The notes below the pieces were generated by a model. It saw only the letters and a list, made by a program, of their open reading frames with translations, was not told the origin of the DNA and searched no databases. Positions 36,386 to 57,598 of a stretch of 64,000 bases of DNA are shown piece by piece. How positions within the stretch are numbered: position 1 is the stretch's first letter; the number at the start of each line of letters is the position of its first letter. Source of the stretch: Eledone cirrhosa (lineage: Eukaryota); the NCBI GenBank assembly GCA_964016885.1, contig OZ024752.1:27838001-27902000 (forward strand), read 5' to 3'. The position numbers and the translations under genes were made by a program.

Positions 36386-39300
36386 ATTTCTATTTATTTA
36401 CCACGAGGGCACAAAAGAAGGGGACATTTACACAGTGGGGGAGTTTACATAAATCGAGTAAAGAAAAAAGGAATAACAATAATAATATAACAATAAAAAG
36501 TCCTCAAAAGGGAGGGGGCGTGTTGGGAATTGCACATACCCCCGAAGAGTGTGCAACTCTTTTCGCGGGGGAAGCCCAGAGAGGAGGCGCTCCCCCTTTC
36601 CTCTTCACTTCTTCACCTACAGAACAATGTAGAGAGAAGGCCCATTTACACGGGCCATTCTCGCTTCTTTCACCCACCTTTCATAAAACTGTCTGGGGCC
36701 AAGCACTTCTCTCTCCATCCTCATCCTTCTTCCGAAGTGGTATCGGAAGAAGTAAACCAGGTGATGGCCGGAGAGAAAGTCACCCGACCTCAGACCTTTC
36801 AGGCGCGTCCACCACACAACCTCTTTCATCATGGCTATTACGCACAGAAAGACCGCCTCTGCTTCATTTCTGAAGGGAGGAGGCGGCTTGATGTTCACCA
36901 CAGACTCGGCGGTTAATCGAATCGGCGCCACACGCGACAGCAGTCGTTCGACGTAGCCCCACAGATCGGCAACGCCCGGGCAGTGTACCAGTGCATGCGC
37001 AACGGTTTCCTCGTCGCGCACGCATCTGGGACAGATCTTTTTCGCGGGATCCCTGCCCGGGCGCTCGTGTCTGTAGAACTTTTCTCGAACGGGCAGAGCC
37101 CCCGGTAACACTGCCAGGCTAGGGACCTCTGGAAGTTGTCCATGGGTCCCGGGCCGAAAGTTCTACCGAACAGGCTGGCCAGTTCGTCCTCCTCCATGCC
37201 TAGCGACTCTCCAAGGGTGTCGTCGCCCCTGCTAGCCACCAACCCTCTATAGAATGTCGAGGTGGATTCTCCACTGACAGTCGGGTCCGCTTGCCAGATA
37301 GCCGTGAGCGCCTGGGCACACTCGGTGTGCCAGTTGCCCAGTTTTCTCGGTCTTTGCTTCACCCAGGATTGCAGTTCGGTGAGCGAGACGAGCTGTGGGA
37401 AGGCTCGCCTCACAAACGGGGCCCACACCGGCTGACCGTTGAGGAATACCTGTAGATGCCGTAGCCTCAATGCGTGCCTACGCATCAACAGCCACGGCAT
37501 ACCCAGCCCTCCTTTCGAAGGGTGCTGGCAGCAGATGGATCTCCTCACCATGGAAGGCCGCTTCTTCCAGAGGAACTGGAAGAGCATGCGTTCCATGATG
37601 GTGAGCTTTTCCTTGGGGCAAGGCACGACGGTCAGGCGGTAGTAGATGACGGACGCTATGTAAGCGTTCGTCACCTCCGCCCGACCTTTCAGTGATAGTT
37701 TGCACTTGGCCCACTTCTGGGTCAGCGCAAACACCCTGCTCGTCACCTCGCCCCAATTCTTCTCCACCTGGAGGTCCGGTCCGAACCAGACCCCGAGCAG
37801 CTTCACCGGGCCCTCCGTCCACCGCCCGACGACACCGTCTAACGGCATCGGTTTGCCCCTCCACGTTCCGAGTTGCAAACCGACTGACTTGTCCTGGTTC
37901 AGCTTAGCCCCCGTCAGCCATTCGTATTCCTCCAGTAGGGTGGCGATCGCCCCGATTTCCGAGGCGTCCGCCACCATTACTGTTACGTCGTCGGCATAGG
38001 CCGAGACCGCTTTGTGCAATCCCCGTTCCAGGGGTATGCCCCGCAGCAACTCCAACTTCCGCAGCAGTGGCTCGAGAGTCAATACGTACAGAAGGGAGGA
38101 GAGGGGCACCCCTGTCTGATGGATCGGGTGATTTGAAACGGCTCCGAGAGGTAGCCGTTTACTTTAATCCTAGGGTAGATGTTGCCACTGTGCATGGCAG
38201 AAATCCAGCCCCTGAAAACGGGTCCGAAGCCCGCCGCCGCTAGCACCGCATCCAGGTAACCATGGTCGACCCTATCGAACGCCTTAGATTGATCCAAGTT
38301 GATCAGGGCCCCACCAAAGCCGGGTTCGTAGCCAACCCTCTCTATGATGTATCGCATGAGGTGGAGGTTGTCGTGAATGGACCTGGACGGGATAGCGCAT
38401 GTCTGCGCGTCTCCCACCAAACCACCCACCACAAGCGCCAACCTCTTCGCCAACACCTTGGCCAAAATCTGTAACTCTGCATTCAACAGAGTTATGGGCC
38501 TAAAGTTACTTAAGTCGTCCCCCTTGCTCTCGTCCTTCCTCACTAGCGTGACCACGCCCTTGGTCACAGAACAGGGAATTCTCCCGTTCTGTTGCCAGTT
38601 GCAATAGACAGCCTCGAGGAGTTCGGAGAACAAGACCGGCATAGCTAAATAAAGTTCGTATGGTAGACCATCGAGACCCGGGGATTTGCGTCTGCTGCAT
38701 TGGCTGAGCGCTTCCCCGATTTCAGTGGCTGTGATTGGCCTTTCGCAGCATTCCGCTTCGCCGCTCGAAAGACGCGGTAGACCGTCGAGGTATGGACCGA
38801 AGTCCACATCCCCGTCCGGCCCCCCGCCACCTCCGAACAGTCGAGCAAAGTGCCTTTGAAAGGTCTCGCACATTCGCTCAGGTTCAAGGATCACCCGTCC
38901 ATCCTGGTCTCGCAAAGACCGAATGGTGGATTTAATCCCACTCTTGGCTTCTGTCACGTGGGCCCAGCTAACAGCTTTGGTCCCCTCGTTTCCTAAAGCA
39001 CGTATTTTACTTCGGACAACGCAGCCTTCGTGCTTCGCGTCAAAGAACTGGCTCAACGCCGTTCTCGCCGCTAACACTCTGGCTACGTCTCCGCTCCTAA
39101 TCGCCTCTTCTAGTTTATCTGTTAACTCCCTTTCCTTCCTATTTCTATTCGCTGCTAGTTCCTTACTGTAACCTATCGAACTTACTCTAATCTCTCTCTT
39201 TAGAGATACCCACCACCTACTGTTGACGATCGCTCCCGTCAACCGCATCTTAACTAAGCTACTAATCCGGTTTCTGTAATCTTTCTTTGTCGGCAAGGAC

Positions 39301-42046
39301 AAGTTCATCTTCCAGTAACCGGGACCCTGTCTATGCGTTCTATCAAAGTTGACCACGCAGGTCACTAATTTGTGATCTGAATAGCCAACCATGATCAGTT
39401 CTGGACAACTAAATACGTCCCTATCCTTACTCCTAACCAAAAACCTATCTAGGTACGATCTAGATTGTCCACTGCGGTTTGCCCAGGTCCAGGTTGGCGC
39501 AGTTGGACAATCTAGTCGAAATCTATCGACCAGGTCGAATCGATCGAGTAACCCCTTGAGGATGCTACACCCCCTCTATCGGGACATGCCCCTGCATAGT
39601 CCCAACGCGCATCTAGGATTCCATTCCAGTCCCCCACTAAAAGCAGGGAACGCGACGTTCCTAGAAAAGTCTCCAGACGCTGGAAGAAGTCGGCTCTTTC
39701 CGCCCCGAAGGGAGCATAAAGACCGACCAGTCTGAAAGCCCCGCCTTCACCGCCTCCGACGTCCAGCACCAGTAATCGACCCCCCGGGTCCGAGTGAACA
39801 ATCTGTACGTCGAGAGTCAGACGTCAGACAGAGAGATGCGTGCATCTCAAAGTCATCGAAGGCGGGCGCCAGCTGTCTCACGCTGCTGATCCGACTCTCG
39901 CAAACAACCATCACATCTATACTTTGTGACCTGAGGTCACTTAGAAGCTTTGCTTGCTTCCAAGCTGAGCCCAGGCCACGCGCGTTCAAACAGCCAACTC
40001 TCAATTGATCTATTTTGGTGTTGAAAGTGAAGAAAGAAAAGCACCTACCTCTCCGGGTTGTGTAATTTCCATGGCATCAGGTGTGTTGGGTGGAGGGATG
40101 TTTTGTGGTGGTGTGGGGGTACCCGTGTGTGGTGGGGTTGGGGTATTTGGAGTTGTGTCAGGGAGAGAGGCGGTTATGGGGAAATCTTTCAAGAGGACGC
40201 GATTTAACGGTTTTAAACAGGGGGGGGGGGCTCACGTCCCGTCTAAATTGTTCTTTTAAGGAACGATAAAGGTCCAGAGGGACCTTTATCATTTTTAAAT
40301 GGGTGAAGTTCTCTGTTGAGATAAAGTTTAGCCCTTCGGTTTGCACCATAGGGTTATTGTTTATTAATTTAACCAGTTTTTTGTTTTCTTTATTTATATA
40401 TGTGTATTGCAACGTCTTTTTTTGTGATGCTGTCAATGTTTCGGAGAGGGGAGGCGCAGATTTATTTTTGTTTGTTGAGGGTGGGTGTTTTTGATTGGAG
40501 TTGGTGTTTGTGTGGGGGTTATTTGTGGTGTGCTGGGTGTGTGTTTTCTTTTTTTTCTTTTAACTTGTCTGAAGGCCGCTCCTCCTTCTTCTTCAGAAGT
40601 TGGGGGAAACTCTTCAGCGCTAGGTGGGAGGGACGTGTTGTGTGGTTGTTTTTTTTTGCGGGAGGGGTAGATTTGTTACTGTTTTTTTTATTATTTGTTT
40701 GGAATGGGTTTTGTGGTGGTGGTGGTAATGCTTGTGTCGTGCTTGTGGTTGGTGATGGTGGTGGTGATGTTTGTGTTGTGGTTGGTGGTGGTGATTTTTA
40801 TGTCGTGCTTGTGTTTGGTGCTGGTGGTGGTGATGTTTGTGTTGTGTTTGTGGTTGGTGGTGTCTGTATTTTGTTTGCTGTGTGTGGTATTAGTGTATTT
40901 TTGGAGGTGGGTGGTGTTGGTGTACTGTTTGTGGTGGGTGTGGGCAATAGTCCTTTTTGGGGGATACGTTTCGGGCAGTTAGCCTTAACGTGTCCCCTTT
41001 CCATGCATAAATAGCATGCTGGTCTTCTCCCCTCTACAATTATGTCTATTGGGGTAAGGTCATCCAGCCAGATGCGATCCGGGATTTGTGCTATTCTTTC
41101 GGGCCTCATTTGGACTAGTATGTCGAGGCCCATTCCCAGGAACGCATCTCCAGTTGCCTTCCCCATTGACAGCATTGTGTCTTCGCCCATGTCTATGAAG
41201 CCAGCAATAGCCCACCAGAAGTCCATTGTGGGCAGCATTGTTTTTACTTTTACTCTCTGTGTTCTTCTACCCATGTAGGAGGGATAGAAGCTGTATGTTG
41301 TCGATGAGAGTGGGCTTAGGGAAAGCTTCTCCGCCGTTTCCTTGTCTCTTGTTAGGACCGAAATGCTGCCATAGAGTCGGTCCTTTCGTATGAAGAGAAT
41401 ATTCTTCATATAGTCTTTTAGGACTAACTCTATTTCCATTTGGCTGGGCTGTGCTGGCTTTCTTGTCTGGTTCAGTATAGTTCTGAAGAGAACTGTGTTC
41501 TCTGTTCTTTCTTTCTTGAATTCTGGGGGGGAGTTAATGGAAAACATTCCGTTCTCCCCCAAAACAATGTGTTTCTTTGCTTCGGCCAGTTTTTCTCTGG
41601 CGGCAGTTAGGTCAATTGGTGTGTATGTAATGGATTGTTTTGTTTTCTGGGCGAAAGTTGCCCTGTTGTTATTTGTATTATTTTCTGTTTGTTTGTTTTC
41701 CGTTTGCTCATTTTCCTTAACATTTGTTTTTTCATTTTCTTTGTTTGTTTCATTGTCTAATTTTGTTGTAATTATTTTTTGTTCTTCAGACTTGGGGGGC
41801 GTGGCAGAGCTAATGGCAGACATGTCTGCCATCTTTTCCGCCATGCTGCCAAGAAAGAAATTTTTCGGCAAAAATAGATATTTATTTTACCCCCTAAAAA
41901 GGGGGTAAATGCAAAAATGTTTCCCTAAATAACAGGAGTTAGTGTTCCAAATGTGTTGCACTGAAAAATTTATCCGGTACTTACAATAGTAAGGGTAAAT
42001 CCCGATGGAATAGCGGAGCCGATGTGAAGCGTGTCTTACTCTATCA
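36385..42046 (-). mobile_element. Tx1-like LINE copy D, full length, frameshifted
   Basis: ORF1 at 41871-40010 with CYLCMERGHVKANC knuckle; ORF2 at 40004-36617 with APE, RT and zinc finger. Confidence 0.92.
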
Positions 42047-42712
42047 AGATAGATAGATAGATAGATAGATAGGAGCAATATAAATTTAATAAGCAATATG
42101 AATCTAATAAGAGAAATTAGGATAGAATGAGGTACAATGAACTGCGGATGATAAGGTTATAAGGAACTAAATAGGAAGAAGAAAGAGGGGGAAGAACGAA
42201 AGAAGGATTGTAAAACTGAAAGAGAAAATGATAATTAGGAAACATTTAATGATATTTAACTGAAAGAAAGATGGTAGGAATGAGTCTAATTAAGAAATGA
42301 ACGGTAAGAAGAAACAAGAAAAAAACAAGACGAAAAGACAAATGACTGTAGCAAGAAAATAACCATTGAAATAACACAGTACATCGAAGGTAATTGTAGT
42401 ATGTGGTGATGGTGATGGTGAATGTCCTTAATGTATTGAGAGATAAGTAGAAAGGGAAAGGTTTAGTTAGTGTGTGCTTGTTCTGAAGGTAACCTATTAT
42501 TGATTATAGGTTTGAATGTTAAGTTGTGGCTTCACTGTTGTTAATTATTCGGTTGATTAGTGTATATTACTATCAGGTGAGTGAAAGAGTGAGGTGTAGA
42601 GTGACAGAAGGAAAGAGGAAGAAAGAGGGGGCGAAATAGAAAGTGATGATAGCGTTGTTTCTTAAATACAGACACTCACACACACACACACATACATACA
42701 CACACACACATG

Positions 42713-42757
<45 letters not shown>

Positions 42758-42784
42758 ATATATATATATACATATATATATATG

Positions 42785-42871
<87 letters not shown>

Positions 42872-42956
42872 ATATATATATATATACATATATATGTATA
42901 TATACACACATATACACACACATCTATATATATATATATATCCTTTTTAAATATAA

Positions 42957-43140
42957 TTGTTTCTACTTTTGGCACAAGGCCAGCAATTATCCCACTACAT
43001 TACTGGTACTTTATTTTATCGATCCCGTAAGGATGAAAGGCAAAGTCAACCTCGGCGGGATTTGAACTCAGATCGTAAATGGACGTAACTATGCTGGGAA
43101 GCATGTCTGACCCTCTACCGATACTGCCAATTCACCGCCC
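42957..43140 (-). mobile_element. SINE (same family)
   Basis: Full consensus match to the 62287-62471 copy. Confidence 0.85.
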
Positions 43141-43193
43141 GTTTTGAACTCATAATATAAACAAATTCGGTACGAATATGTTTATGTACTTAA

Positions 43194-43260
<67 letters not shown>

Positions 43261-43990
43261 TACATAAACATATTCGTACCGAATTGGTTTATATTATATT
43301 TAAAATGTAATGAATACCATTTGATTGTTTCTAGACCCCTCTCTCTTCATGATAGTTGACCCCACTTTTATTCTCTTCCTCCTCCTTCTCTCTCTCGCTC
43401 CCTTCGCCCCCCCCCCTCTCTCTCTCTTCATTTTGTAACAACAATCGATCTGTAAAAGTGGAAAATATACAATATGAATTAATATTAGTATACAACAAGC
43501 ACCCTTGCCCCAACGGAATCTTCTCAAAACGTCCTCAAATAACCTCTTGTCTTCACACTAAATACTCAATCACCACCATACTAACACATCCATACCAACC
43601 CCACCGAAACCTACAGTAATTTACATTCACTAATACCATCACCATCATAGACATTGCTAACTCTAAAACAACCAGCAACATCTTCAACTTCACTACCAAT
43701 TCAATAATACAACAACACTATCATTGTAACTACATCTATCATTAATGTCACAAGAACAATACGTAACACTACCATTATCTGTAAGAGAAAGACCGAGATC
43801 CTCCACCCTCACCTCATTATTACCTCCATCACCACTGCCGCTGCCTTTATTGTGACAACAACTATCATCATTACTAATACCAAGACCATCATCACCACTA
43901 ATAAAACAGTGTTTAATATGACAAGATTGTGTAGGTGCTAGTTATATAATACTGAGATGTGTGGAATTATTCTCCAGTAGTGGTGGTTGT

Positions 43991-44025
43991 ATGGGTGGTG
44001 ATTTAATTATTTTCTCTATATAAGC
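43991..44025 (+). promoter_or_regulatory. Core promoter of gene 2 (TATA box at 44017-44023)
   Basis: tgggtggtgatttaattattttctcTATATAAg; conserved with gene 1 together with the 5' UTR. Confidence 0.75.
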
Positions 44026-44139
44026 TCAGCTGTGAAGTGAGACCAGTGTCCAGTCTGTGAAGTAAGCCATAGCTGAAACATTAGCTTTGAACTTTACCAA
44101 TTGTAAACCGACCTCAACTACCAATAACCAACACCAACC

Positions 44140-51966
<7,827 letters not shown>

Positions 51967-52490
51967 ATGAACAGAATCATGCTTTACAATATTAATAAAA
52001 TATCAAAACAAACAACAGAAGTAATAATATAATATGAACAATAATTTATTACAACAACACGAACAATAACACTAAGAAAAGGAATTGCGTTCAACTCACA
52101 CCATTAAGAACAACATTAAATGTTCTTCATACCGAAATAATTCCAACGAGAAAATAATGTGAAAAATCATTATATTATCTAAACGAAATACAAAATGCAA
52201 AATGTTTGAAAATATTGGTATATGATAGTATGAATTTTATTTGCAAGATTTATTATCATTGATATGTAACGTTTATGTGTTAGAATATCGTTTGATAATT
52301 TGAACAGCCACGACACGACCACTGATACAATTCTATTGATTGTATAGTAACACGTCCTAAGAATTTAATTAGTGTCATAACCTTGTAAGAGTTGAACAGT
52401 TGAGTAAAAACACAATAGCCGTTGCGTCATATACAATGAATTGTGAAGTTTCTGGATACATATAAAAATAATACAAATATTATTACTACT

Positions 52491-52496
52491 AATAAA
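52491..52496 (+). terminator. Poly(A) signal of gene 2
   Basis: AATAAA at the homologous position, followed by a T-rich tract. Confidence 0.55.
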
Positions 52497-52539
52497 ATTA
52501 AAATACAAACATGATTATTCTCCTGTCTTTTTATCAGCC

Positions 52540-52660
<121 letters not shown>

Positions 52661-52942
52661 AAAAAATAGAGGTGTAACACACGAGTTGTGTTATATTAGT
52701 AAAAGGAAAAGAAAATGCTGACAAATTTTTCCCAGTGAAAAATATTTTAATTAGGAATAAATATAAATTAGTAATAAGTATTGGTTAGTATTCAGTTTTA
52801 GTTTTAAGTTTTTACCGGTTGCACATTTCTAATGCTTTTCAAAAATAATTTTGAGATAGAGCGCTCGTGATGTTTGCTCTAATATATATATATATATATT
52901 AGTTTTGCGAGGTTTTTGATATGAAATTGTGTGTCGAAACAA

Positions 52943-54008
52943 ATATTGTTATACTTGGGGAAGGTCATATTGTTGTAATAATATTGCCAGAATTAATAAC
53001 AGAACACAGTCACTGTTTGGTTGGTTTTCGCTTCTGTATCTTTTATATCAGTTAATTTATTCGGTCCTCAATGTTTACCATTGACTGACCAACGGTCAAA
53101 AATACAGATATAAGATAGACACAAACACTTATATATAGTCTAACAAAGTTCTTTCGTTGCACATCTGAAACATCGTCAGTGGTGCTATTATGTTTCCTCC
53201 TGTTGTATGTCTACGCCATCTTTATTTAATCTGTTTTTTTTTTTTTTGTCTTCTTCTCTGGACATGCATTTGCGTGTGTGTATAGTGTTTGATGTGTGTT
53301 CGTGTTTGGGTGACTGTGTTTTGGTTATTGTATTCTATCTTAGTTTACTAGTGTGTGTTTATATGTTTGTTGTTATTGTGCTTGTGTATGTATTTATTTA
53401 TTTATTTATTTATTTATTTATATTTGTCTTAGGTCAGTATTGTTTGTTTGGGTGTTGTTATTCCATTCATTTTTTCTGTTTAGCTTTGGCCTTCTAAGTT
53501 CTATTTCACTGGCCTCTCTGATGTGCCTATCTGCTGGGTCATTTCTATGGTTAGATATTATTTTAATTTCTATGTTGTCTATGTTACTGGCGTGTTCGTA
53601 TAGTACTGAACCGTTTTTTCATCCTTTTAGTTCTCCCCAGTGTTGGTCTCTCCTTTCCCATATGCTACGAGCTGTCTCGCCTATGTATGTTGTTGTCGTG
53701 TTTCTGCAAGTACCCTCTGTACATCTTATGCTATAGACTATGTTTCTAGTTTTACAGTTTATCCGTGGGTTTACTTTACATATAATACATTTCCTATTAG
53801 TACAGTGGGTTTTCTTAAAAGGTATATTATATCTGTCTATATTATATCTGTATTTTTGACCGTTGGTCAGTCAATGGTAAACATTGAGGACCGAATAAAT
53901 TAACTGATATAAAAGATACAGAAGCGAAAACCAACCAAACAGTGAGTGTGTTCTGTTATTCTGGCAATATTATTACAACAATATGACCCTCCCCAAGTAT
54001 AACAATAT
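52943..54008 (-). mobile_element. 5'-truncated Penelope-like element with inverted partial pLTR
   Basis: GIY-YIG remnant at about 53490-53830 (YIGETARSIWERRDQHW), homologous to the 24117-25742 ORF; inverted repeats 52943-53113 and 53842-54008; hammerhead core CTGACGA..GAAA gaac TT at 53136-53187 (-). Confidence 0.85.
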
Positions 54009-54061
54009 ATATATATTTACATATATATAAATATACGTGTTATTATTATTATTATTATTAT

Positions 54062-57000
54062 CGTTCTTTGAGTCTCAGTCATTGATGTTAGTTAACTGGA
54101 AAGTTTGTTGAAATAAATATCAAGCCACTACCTGCAGCCTCAGATATTCAGGACGTATCGGAGGGTTCTTGCTGTCCCAGCAAGCATGCCTTTTGAAGCG
54201 TTCCAAAAAGCGTGGCGGGGCCAATTTTCTTTAAACATCCCTGGAAACTTTTTGAGATAGTACCTAGTGCGCCTATGACAATCTGGACCACTTTGACTTC
54301 ATGGAAGTTCCAAATCCTTTTACCTCCCACTTTAAGTCCTGGTATCGGTTAATTTTCTCCCTCTCATTCTCTTGCACTCTCGTGTCGAATGGGCAGGCCA
54401 CATCCACAATCAGGCACGATATTTTTACTTTGTCCAAAACAACCAAGTCAGGTCTATTGTTTTTCAGTTTCTTGTCCGTCTGTATCCTAAAATCCCACAG
54501 CACCTTCACCTGATCGTTTTCTATCACCGCCTCTGGCTTATGCTCATACAACTTCTCAGAATGTGGTAAATTGTTTACTTTGCATAGGTGCCAGTGGATC
54601 ACCCTGCCCATCACATCATGTCTCCAGCCCTTATAATGAGTCTGGGCTAGGTGTTTACACTCGGATACAATGTGAGCCACAGTCTCCTCTCTCTCTCCAC
54701 ATATCCTGCACAGTGGGCTAGCCTCCTCCTTGTAAATATGGTGTTTCAACCACTTCGTTTTGAGGGCCTGCTCTTGCGCAGCCATTAACATTCCTTCTGT
54801 AGCCTTTTTAAGGTCTCCTCTTTTCAACCAGTTATATGTCTGTGGATCTCTGAATTCAGTTTTCTCAAAGAAGGTACTATGAAGGGATTTTTCATGAAGG
54901 CTGCTCTTTCTCCTTGTTGTTATTTCCACCTTGGACATCCCCTGGTCTATTGTCTTCTCCTTCAGTACAGTTCTGAACATTGGCTCCTTACTATCAGTCA
55001 CGTATTTGTGTTGGTTGTTTTTCTCCATCTGAACACAGTCCTCTATGCTGATAAGACCTCTTCTACCTTCAGATCTCCTTAAGTAGAGTCTATCGACATC
55101 ACTCCTCTTGTGGAACATATTGTAGATAGTCAATAGCTTCCTAGTCTTCCTATCCATTTCTTTTTGTTCAGCAACATTCCATCTCAGAATTCCCGCACTG
55201 TACCTAATAATAGACACAGCTCGGGAATTTACTGCACTTATGGCATTCCTACTGTTCAGATGTGACTTTAATACGCTCCTTACTCTCCGAATGTATTCAG
55301 ATCTTATCAATTCCTTCATTTTTTGTTCTTGATGTCATCAGCCTCCAGAACACCCAAATACTTGTATCCTTCTTCAGTGTCAATTTCCTTTATCACCTCA
55401 CCTGTTGGTACCTGGATTCCGTTGCTTCTGCTCAATTTACCCCTCTTCATCACAAGGACTCCACACTTACTAATACCAAATTGCATACATATATCATTGC
55501 TGAAAATACGGACAGTGTCAACAAGTACATCCAACTCCTTCTCACTCTTCCCGAAGAGCTTAAGATCGTCCATGAAGAGGAGGTGATTGATGGTAAGCTC
55601 TCCCTTTCCCAACTTGTATCCTGCTCTCACTTTTCGCAGTATAATGGTCAGGGGCATCATGGCAAGGACAAACAACAGAGGGGACAGACTATCTCCCTGG
55701 AAGCTACCTCTCTTCACGCCTCCAAAGGATTCTCCAGCTGATGTTAACTCTGTTTTCCAGGACTTCATACTTTTGCCCAACAACTGTCTGATGTTATCGG
55801 CCACCTTGAAGATCTCTAGGCTTTTGGTGATCCAAGAATGAGGCACCATGTCAAATGCCTTTTTGTAGTCTTTCCATCTCATGGCAAGACCAGTGTGTCT
55901 CCTCTTGCAATTCCTCATTACCATCCTATCAATAAGTAACTGGTCCTTTGTACCACGGGACTTCTTTCGGCATACTCTCTGTTCGTCCGGTAACAAATTG
56001 TTTGTGTGGAGGTGATGGTAGATTTCCTTAGACATAATGCTTGTCAACAGTTTCCACATTACGGACAGACATGTGATAGGTCTATAGTTGGTAACATCAT
56101 TACCCTTGGTTCGGTCTTTCATTACCAGAACTGTGGTACCTTTTGTCAACCACTCTGGTACCTCACCTGACATCAAGCAGTCATTGAACATGGTTGTCAG
56201 TTTCGGGTGGAGGGATGTTATATTTTTAATCCAATACCCCTGCACACCATCTGGGCCTGGTGATTTCCAGTTGGTTAGTTTTTTGGTCTGCCCCTTAAGA
56301 GTTTCAACTGTGATACTCAAATCAGTTTGTTGGTATGCCTGTTCACTAATCTCCTTTTGTACTGTCTCAATCCACACTACCTGGTCATTATGTTTAACAT
56401 CCTGCTCCCATATTCCTCTCCAGAATGTCTTAGTTTGTTCCGCCTCAGGGATCAAGTCGTTGCCTCTTTCTTTACCTTCAAGCTGTCCAAACAGCATCTT
56501 CTGGTTGTTGTCAAACAATTTTTGCACTCTTTGCTACAATGCGTTGCTTCAGTTCCACTATGATAATATTTAACTTTTTCCTCCTAGTTCTGTACTTTAT
56601 TTCCAGTCTATTTTTAGTGTCTATGTTTTTTTTTTAGTGTCCCATTGAATAGGGACTCAAGCTTTCCAATGTCATTTCTCATTTCCCTGATTTGACCATT
56701 CAGTCGTTTCTTCCGCCAAGGCTCTGATCTTCCTTGTTTGTTGTTTCCTCTCGCATTTATACCAAGTAATTTCCTCACCGCATTTGCTGTTGCTTTGAGG
56801 ATATTGTTGCACTGGTGAAGGCTCCTCGCCTCAAGGTATGGGATGACTTTGTTTACCATAGCTAGGGTTTCTTTTAACTTTTTCCTGTCTACAAATCTTA
56901 GGTTCATAGGTTTCCCACTATCATTGTTCAATTCATCTACCACTAAGTTTAGGATATCAACCAAATCTTGTCCTAGCCCGCCAGCATTCATCTCCTCAAT

Positions 57001-57598
57001 GGCCGTATCTTTGTTCCAGGTATTATTTATTTCAGCATTCAGATCATTGTCTGCTTCGGATGGTTCCTCCGTTCTCTCAACCTCTTCACCTTCATTTCCC
57101 ACTGGCTCGTTTGCCTGGCATACTCCACTCTCCATTTCCAACCTAATCTCTCTGCTCAGTTCCTCCAGTTCCAGCTCGCTTATCCACCCATTAGTTCTTA
57201 TTACCCGAGCCTGGCAGGCCAATTTTTGTTCATCTAATTTAAATAGACCAATCTCGTTCCAGATGTTATGCATCCGTTTCCTATAGCCTTTCTCCTTGGG
57301 GTTACTCTTCAGGTAACATTGCATAACAGTTCTATTCAATTCTTTCGTCCAGTTAGTTCTGGTCCCTTTCCTTCTTCTTCCTCCGACCCAGCAGTATTTG
57401 GTTGACAGCCAGGTCCCTGCTGCTGAGCGAAGGAGCACCTGCTGGGTGAGAGTCTGTCACATGACATGCCAGTCTCCACTTCACCGTTATTCGAACTGTT
57501 TAGGTTCGACATTTAAACACTCTTATCGAGGATTGGTGAATATATGGTTAAATAACCGCCGGTGATTTCATCACTCCCGGTGATTTTTGTGTGGCACT
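54062..57598 (-). mobile_element. R4/Dong-like non-LTR retrotransposon (RT + restriction-like endonuclease), frameshifted
   Basis: N-terminal WTKELNRTVMQCY..GYRKRM..W; RT with NWKSPGPDG, YRPITCL, DYKKAFDMVPH, QGDSLSPLLF, LFMDD, YKYLG; CRICGEREETVAHIVSEC; RPDLVV..IVDVACP..EKINRYQDL; 3' end joins (TAA)n at 54040-54061. Confidence 0.9.

Noticed and set aside
27844-41908. Plus-strand ORFs over the Tx1 array (similar ones occur over the R4-like and Neptune-like elements)
   Set aside because: They are antisense shadows of GC-rich retroelement coding sequence with no independent motifs.
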